From assembly GCA_004764695.1 (NCBI GenBank), contig SMSO01000014.1, positions 1,979,648-2,043,647 on the forward strand: a stretch of DNA of 64,000 nucleotides, in the 5' to 3' direction. The translations under genes and the position numbers were made by a program. The stretch's first letter is position 1; every line of letters starts with the position of its first letter. The DNA comes from Schizochytrium sp. TIO01. Lineage: Eukaryota; Protista; Bigyra: Labyrinthulomycetes. The notes below the pieces were generated by a model. That model had not been told where the DNA came from and did no database searches. It saw only the letters and a list, made by a program, of their open reading frames with translations. This document shows positions 60,838 to 64,000 of this stretch, piece by piece.

Positions 60838-61133
60838 GTAGGTGCTTACCTTCTTCATTTCCCCTATTACACCGTCTTTTCTGTGTCAACCAAGTTATGT
60901 TTTAAATTTGCAGCAGTCACTGTTCAGTATGCTGTTTATAACCTCATTGTACTTCCGACTTCAAACAACAAAAGAATAGAACAAAAACCATCCGAAAATT
61001 TTCGTATTAAAATCTGGGTAGATAAAAGCAAAAATATTAATTGTGTTCTCCTTCTTTCCTTTGCGCTGATTGAACACAAATCATGATATTACATTTTTTA
61101 GAAGGGCACCTTAATAGCATCGGTTATCTATTG

Positions 61134-62621
61134 CTACTTATACACTGCACCTGCAGCCTGTAGGACAGAGCTATAAAAAGCCACGGGTTCCCATGGAACG
61201 ATCAGGGGCTTAATTTGGCCAAGTCGAACAAACACGACGTTTGTCTCAGGAACAATGATAACAGCTTGCTCCTCAAAACCATGCGCTAGATATGATCCGC
61301 GAGGAAATGCATCACGCATCCAATCACGAGAGGGTTCCGTCCGACTTGGATAGGTTTTATCGCAATCGTTCAACCGTGACTTGGTTTCACCAGGACCTAC
61401 AGCAGGCCCTAGATGACCCCAAAAGTGAGCACCATACACTCCACCGGAAGTAGGTGTAGGCGCGGTAGAGAAATCCATCCAGCCTTCGGGAAGAAGACGC
61501 GTACCATTCCACACCCCGTCTTGGAGTAAAAACATACCAAATCGAGCCCAATCTCGAGCTGTAGCCCATCCAAAAGAAGACCCAATAAAAGTCCCAGCTG
61601 GATCAGTTTCTAGCACTGCACTATCCATGCCAAGCTCGTTGAAGATACTTTCTGTTGGATAGCGAAGGTAATCTTCATGGGATTTAAAGGTATTTCTCAA
61701 AAATTTTGAGAGTACATTTGTCGAATGACTTGAATAGCGAAAGCATGAGTCTTCATGAGCCGAAATACGCATGCCAATATCGTCTTGAAGAAGTTGCTGA
61801 TTAATGAATAACATTCGTGTTGCCAGGGAACCAGGGGAGTAATACTCATCAATGTCAAGGCCGTCTGTCATTCGGAGCACGCTCTCAAGATCAATCTGCC
61901 CGCGCTCATCTCGACGATATTCCGGAATGAAATCCTGCAACTTTGCTTGGAGACCTCCAGGGATTTTCCCTTCTTGAATTCGGCGTCCTATCAGAGTGTT
62001 GGTCAAGCTCTTAGTCATGGACCATCCTAGCAAAGGAGTTGTATCGTTGCATCCATCGCCATATCTTTCGTAGACAATTTGCCCATCCTTGATTAGGATT
62101 ACAGCCCGTGTATGAAGGCGTTCGTCGGCAAAATGTTCGTCAAGAGCATTTTCCAGAGCACCCATATCAATTGTGGAGCGAACTTGATTTGCATGAATTT
62201 CGTCGATTGCATCTCCAATTGGAAATAGTGCTGACGCATTCCGGTGATGTTCGATAGGATCTACAGGAGTAAAGTTTGACGCGTTGTGAAGTAATGCGCA
62301 TCCTAGACGCTCGGAACGCCAACACGCGGTTCTGGTGAGCTGTGGAAAGAATCTCGAACGAGCCAAAACACATTTTTCTTCGGGCTGCACCTCAAGAATC
62401 GAAAAGAGACGAATAGGCGGGAAGATAAACTCTGCCTCCAGCGCACTCTTAAGATCACGTCCTGCTACGAACACAATAGAACAACCTACTTTGGCGCCAT
62501 ACCCATTACTCATTTGCATTCCTTGATATATCTCTTTGTCATATTTGCTAAAGAATGCTGCAACTCCAAAGGCTACACAGACAACCACGAGTGCGAGGAA
62601 CTGTACACAACAACTCTTCAT
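61134..62621 (-). CDS. Beta-lactamase-family (class C/NylB-like) serine hydrolase with N-terminal signal/anchor
   Basis: SxxK motif GWSMTKS, FRYSS (Tyr motif), LGM..AVLETDPAGTFIGSS...TARDWARFG..LQDGVWNG.RLLPEGW, YGAHFW and AHGFEEQ.VIIVP. The N-terminal region carries GYGAKVGCSIVFVAGR. Confidence 0.9.
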   Translation of the reverse strand: MKSCCVQFLALVVVCVAFGVAAFFSKYDKEIYQGMQMSNGYGAKVGCSIVFVAGRDLKSALEAEFIFPPIRLFSILEVQPEEKCVLARSRFFPQLTRTACWRSERLGCALLHNASNFTPVDPIEHHRNASALFPIGDAIDEIHANQVRSTIDMGALENALDEHFADERLHTRAVILIKDGQIVYERYGDGCNDTTPLLGWSMTKSLTNTLIGRRIQEGKIPGGLQAKLQDFIPEYRRDERGQIDLESVLRMTDGLDIDEYYSPGSLATRMLFINQQLLQDDIGMRISAHEDSCFRYSSHSTNVLSKFLRNTFKSHEDYLRYPTESIFNELGMDSAVLETDPAGTFIGSSFGWATARDWARFGMFLLQDGVWNGTRLLPEGWMDFSTAPTPTSGGVYGAHFWGHLGPAVGPGETKSRLNDCDKTYPSRTEPSRDWMRDAFPRGSYLAHGFEEQAVIIVPETNVVFVRLGQIKPLIVPWEPVAFYSSVLQAAGAVYK

Positions 62622-63675
62622 CCTATTTAAGGAAAAAGATAACGCAACTTAAGATCGATAGCTTTCCCAATGTACAAAGGCACTGTCGCGTAGCGTGCAG
62701 CCTGCCTTGGCCTCAACAGACTTCGTAAAATGTTGCTCAAGACTCTGAAATGTGACGGCTACGGGTGATTGCTCTTGATTGGCCCAACGAGCTGTAAAAA
62801 GGGAGAGCGAAGTGAAGTACAATCAGTTTCCCATCAAAGATTTACCACACACACGAATTAATGTTGATGATCTGCAGCTTCCTCTCCTCGAGAACGTAAG
62901 TTGCAAGCCGCAACGACTGGTACCTACTGCTGCTTAAGCCGAATGGGCTAAACATTCAATTTTTCTTTGGCGCAGAAGTTCAAGCCCTTTTCTTCAAGAT
63001 CTTAGTGTCGGTCTTCCTTCTGTCCAATCACAATTATAAAAGAGAACAATAAGTGAATTATGGACTGCACAACCCATGTATCCGTTGATACGGACATGTT
63101 GCCACTTTTCTTTGCTTCAGTTTATTAGAGGATAAGAGAAAGACGTTCATATCAAGGCTGCTGGTAAGGCTTTTGCGAGGTCATCAGCAGCTACAAAAAG
63201 TTAAGGAACAGAAAAACTTAATGTTGTAGGAGTGTTCTGTAGCAATAGTAGTGTTCTTGAGAGAACAGTTTGCTACTTAAAACTCGTCTAAACGAAAGGA
63301 TAGGAAAGTGACTAGACATCAATCTACGCTCAAGACGCAAAAAGGAAGTGGGTGAATTGAACAGATTATTTTAAACAGAAAGATAAGAAGTACTTCTCAC
63401 ACGCCCCACGTTTACTCATACAGCTTTTTATTCATCAGCGTTCCTTCTTTTTAGTGTTCTGTCTCATCTTCTTGGTTCCTGAGGAGCAAGGGTAAAAGTG
63501 AACGTTGAAGGCCTCTACGCAGGACCTTTCAGCGTGCGAAGCCTTGCAAATTGAAATCGTACGGCAAAGAGAGAGGTGAAGGCCGGCAAACTGGAGCTGA
63601 AGCCGCGGAGCTGTTCGGCTCCAACGTTGCTGCCTGATCTTCTTGCTTAGCCGAGATCGAAGTCATTGAAATAGT

Positions 63676-64000
63676 ATGGGAAGCACAGTGGTGCCTTTTG
63701 AAGTTGTCATTGCATCGGATGATGCATTGGTGCAGAGAGATGGCAGCGTAGACACTACACATGACAATGGCGTTGCTAGTTCGGGTACATCTGGAGCTGA
63801 GTACGGCGAGACTGAGGTTGCGCAAGTACAAAAGAACTCATCGCAACCTTTCATGGTACAACATGCGGGATCGACGCCAGCTGTTCAACTATCACATGGG
63901 GAAACAAGGCCAACTGTGAATGATGGTCCTGCCCCCCCCCAGAGAATGTTGGGGGGTGCGTTCAATGGTAGAATCCACCCAACACCTCTTGAACCTGCAC
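63676..64000 (+). CDS. 5-prime part of an unknown protein running off the window
   Basis: ATG at 63676 opens a stop-free frame to the end (MGSTVVPFEVVIASDDALVQRDGSVDTTHDNG...GPAPPQRMLGGAFNGRIHPTPLEPA). Low complexity, no recognisable domain. Confidence 0.5.
   Translation, partial: MGSTVVPFEVVIASDDALVQRDGSVDTTHDNGVASSGTSGAEYGETEVAQVQKNSSQPFMVQHAGSTPAVQLSHGETRPTVNDGPAPPQRMLGGAFNGRIHPTPLEPA

Overview
Eukaryotic, intron-poor genomic DNA, inferred to be from a flagellated stramenopile, most plausibly a thraustochytrid/labyrinthulomycete. This rests on CEP104, GABA-B-like GPCRs, a GT-AG intron in NAE1 and microsatellite-rich intergenic DNA. The left end holds a decayed AKR7-like aldo-keto reductase pseudogene and a near-intact paralog interrupted by one in-frame TAG. 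Next come two tandem class C (Venus-flytrap + 7TM) GPCR paralogs flanking an unknown membrane/secreted protein. An ~18 kb gene-poor tract follows with decayed coding remnants, some P-loop NTPase-like. After it lie a redoxin-fold gene lacking CxxC, an F-box/RCC1 gene and a 12.5 kb intergenic region dense in tetranucleotide repeats. The gene-dense right end carries a claudin-like + double-PqiA(LetA) fusion membrane protein, NAE1/APP-BP1, CEP104, a bacterial-type beta-lactamase-family serine hydrolase and a truncated ORF. No rRNA, tRNA, CRISPR array or intact transposon was recognised. The best leads are the claudin-PqiA fusion, the single in-frame UAG in the AKR gene and the conserved cytosolic motif shared by the GPCR pair. 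All calls come from reading motifs by eye; no searches were run.
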